The notes beneath the pieces are model-generated. The model saw only the letters and a list, made by a program, of their open reading frames with translations, was not told the DNA's origin and did not search any database. From Candidatus Caenarcanum bioreactoricola (lineage in GTDB: Bacteria > Cyanobacteriota > Vampirovibrionia > Caenarcaniphilales > Caenarcanaceae), in assembly GCA_001899385.1 (NCBI GenBank), contig MOYB01000003.1:1-24000 (forward strand): a stretch of DNA of 24,000 nucleotides, read 5' to 3'. How positions within the stretch are numbered: the stretch's first letter is position 1; every line of letters starts with the position of its first letter. Below, piece after piece: positions 23,499 to 24,000 of this stretch. Both the position numbers and the translations under genes were made by a program.

Positions 23499-24000
23499 TT
23501 ATATTATATTTGCTCTATTTTGATATTGTTTATATCTCCATTTTGCATCTTCTTCTGTTCTTTTGAATAAATCTGCAGCTTCTGTAGGTACTGCCTTAGA
23601 AAGAGAATTATATCTCACTTCTGAACCAATAAAGCCTTGGAAATTATCAAAATTAGGTTCTTTAGAATCAATTACAAAAGGATTTTTACCTTCAATTTCA
23701 AGCATTGGATTATGTCTGTAATTTACCCAATAACCACATTCAACCGCTTGTTTTTGACGTCTAGAAGTAGTATTCATTCCACTACGAATTCCATGTGCAA
23801 TACAAGGAGCGTATGCAATTATTAATGAAGGTCCTTTATATGCTTCTGCTTCTTTAAGTACTTTGAAATATTGATTCATATCCGCACCTAAAGATACTTG
23901 TGCTACATAAACATATCCATAAGTCATTGCAATTGCGCCAAGATCTTTCTTTCTCATTCTCATACCAGCTGAAGCAAGTTTTGCCACTGCTCCTACAGGT
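23499..24000 (-). CDS. nifJ: Pyruvate:ferredoxin (flavodoxin) oxidoreductase, C-terminal part (5' end outside the window)
   Basis: KKDLG.IAMTYGYVYVAQVS.G......F.KVLKEAE...GPSL.IAY..CI.HG...GM......Q..AV..GYW...R..P......GKNPF..DSK.P matches the conserved C-terminal TPP-domain tail of homodimeric PFOR/NifJ. The frame stays open to the window edge. Confidence 0.93.
   Translation of the reverse strand, partial: PVGAVAKLASAGMRMRKKDLGAIAMTYGYVYVAQVSLGADMNQYFKVLKEAEAYKGPSLIIAYAPCIAHGIRSGMNTTSRRQKQAVECGYWVNYRHNPMLEIEGKNPFVIDSKEPNFDNFQGFIGSEVRYNSLSKAVPTEAADLFKRTEEDAKWRYKQYQNRANII

Noticed and set aside
12203-23825. Short ORFs 12203..12415 (+), 16495..16722 (+), 21286..21471 (+), 23637..23825 (+)
   Set aside because: They are antisense shadows inside the hydrolase, murB/murC, SLT-like and PFOR genes respectively, with no independent support.

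Overview
This is a strongly AT-rich bacterial chromosomal segment with 24 credible CDSs and no rRNA, tRNA, CRISPR array or transposase that I can see. Most of it is housekeeping: tuf, an Fe-type alcohol dehydrogenase, mreC, a divergent PhoU-family gene, an isolated rpsQ-rplN pair, yqeG-type HAD phosphatase, lepA, a tight rpsT-murC-murB-murG block, yqeK, pxpA, a Xer-like tyrosine recombinase, a lytic-transglycosylase-like protein, a GILT/DsbA-like lipoprotein, 5-formyl-THF cyclo-ligase and the 3' end of a pyruvate:ferredoxin oxidoreductase gene. The EF-Tu sequence and the presence of PFOR suggest an anaerobic, low-GC, possibly cyanobacteria-related (Melainabacteria-like) lineage, but this is low-confidence inference. 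The stand-out region is a 5.8-kb accessory island (8613-14420) between lepA and murG. It encodes three proteins. (1) A 1090-aa protein without a signal peptide, carrying 14 N-terminal RTX nonapeptides, two cadherin-like modules and seven 55-aa (165-bp) tandem repeats that look like a 7-bladed propeller. (2) A Sec-signal-bearing GxSxG alpha/beta hydrolase. (3) A 373-aa protein containing an extraordinary P-D18-EP-D36-EP-D3-CPCPP poly-aspartate tract. The giant gene and the poly-Asp gene share a TTTGGAATT-N8-nnnGGAAT-TTAAAA block just upstream of their start codons. Two GC-rich structured non-coding elements also stand out against the AT-rich background: a nested palindrome at 23341-23484 and a G-quadruplex-type G-run repeat at 7-44.
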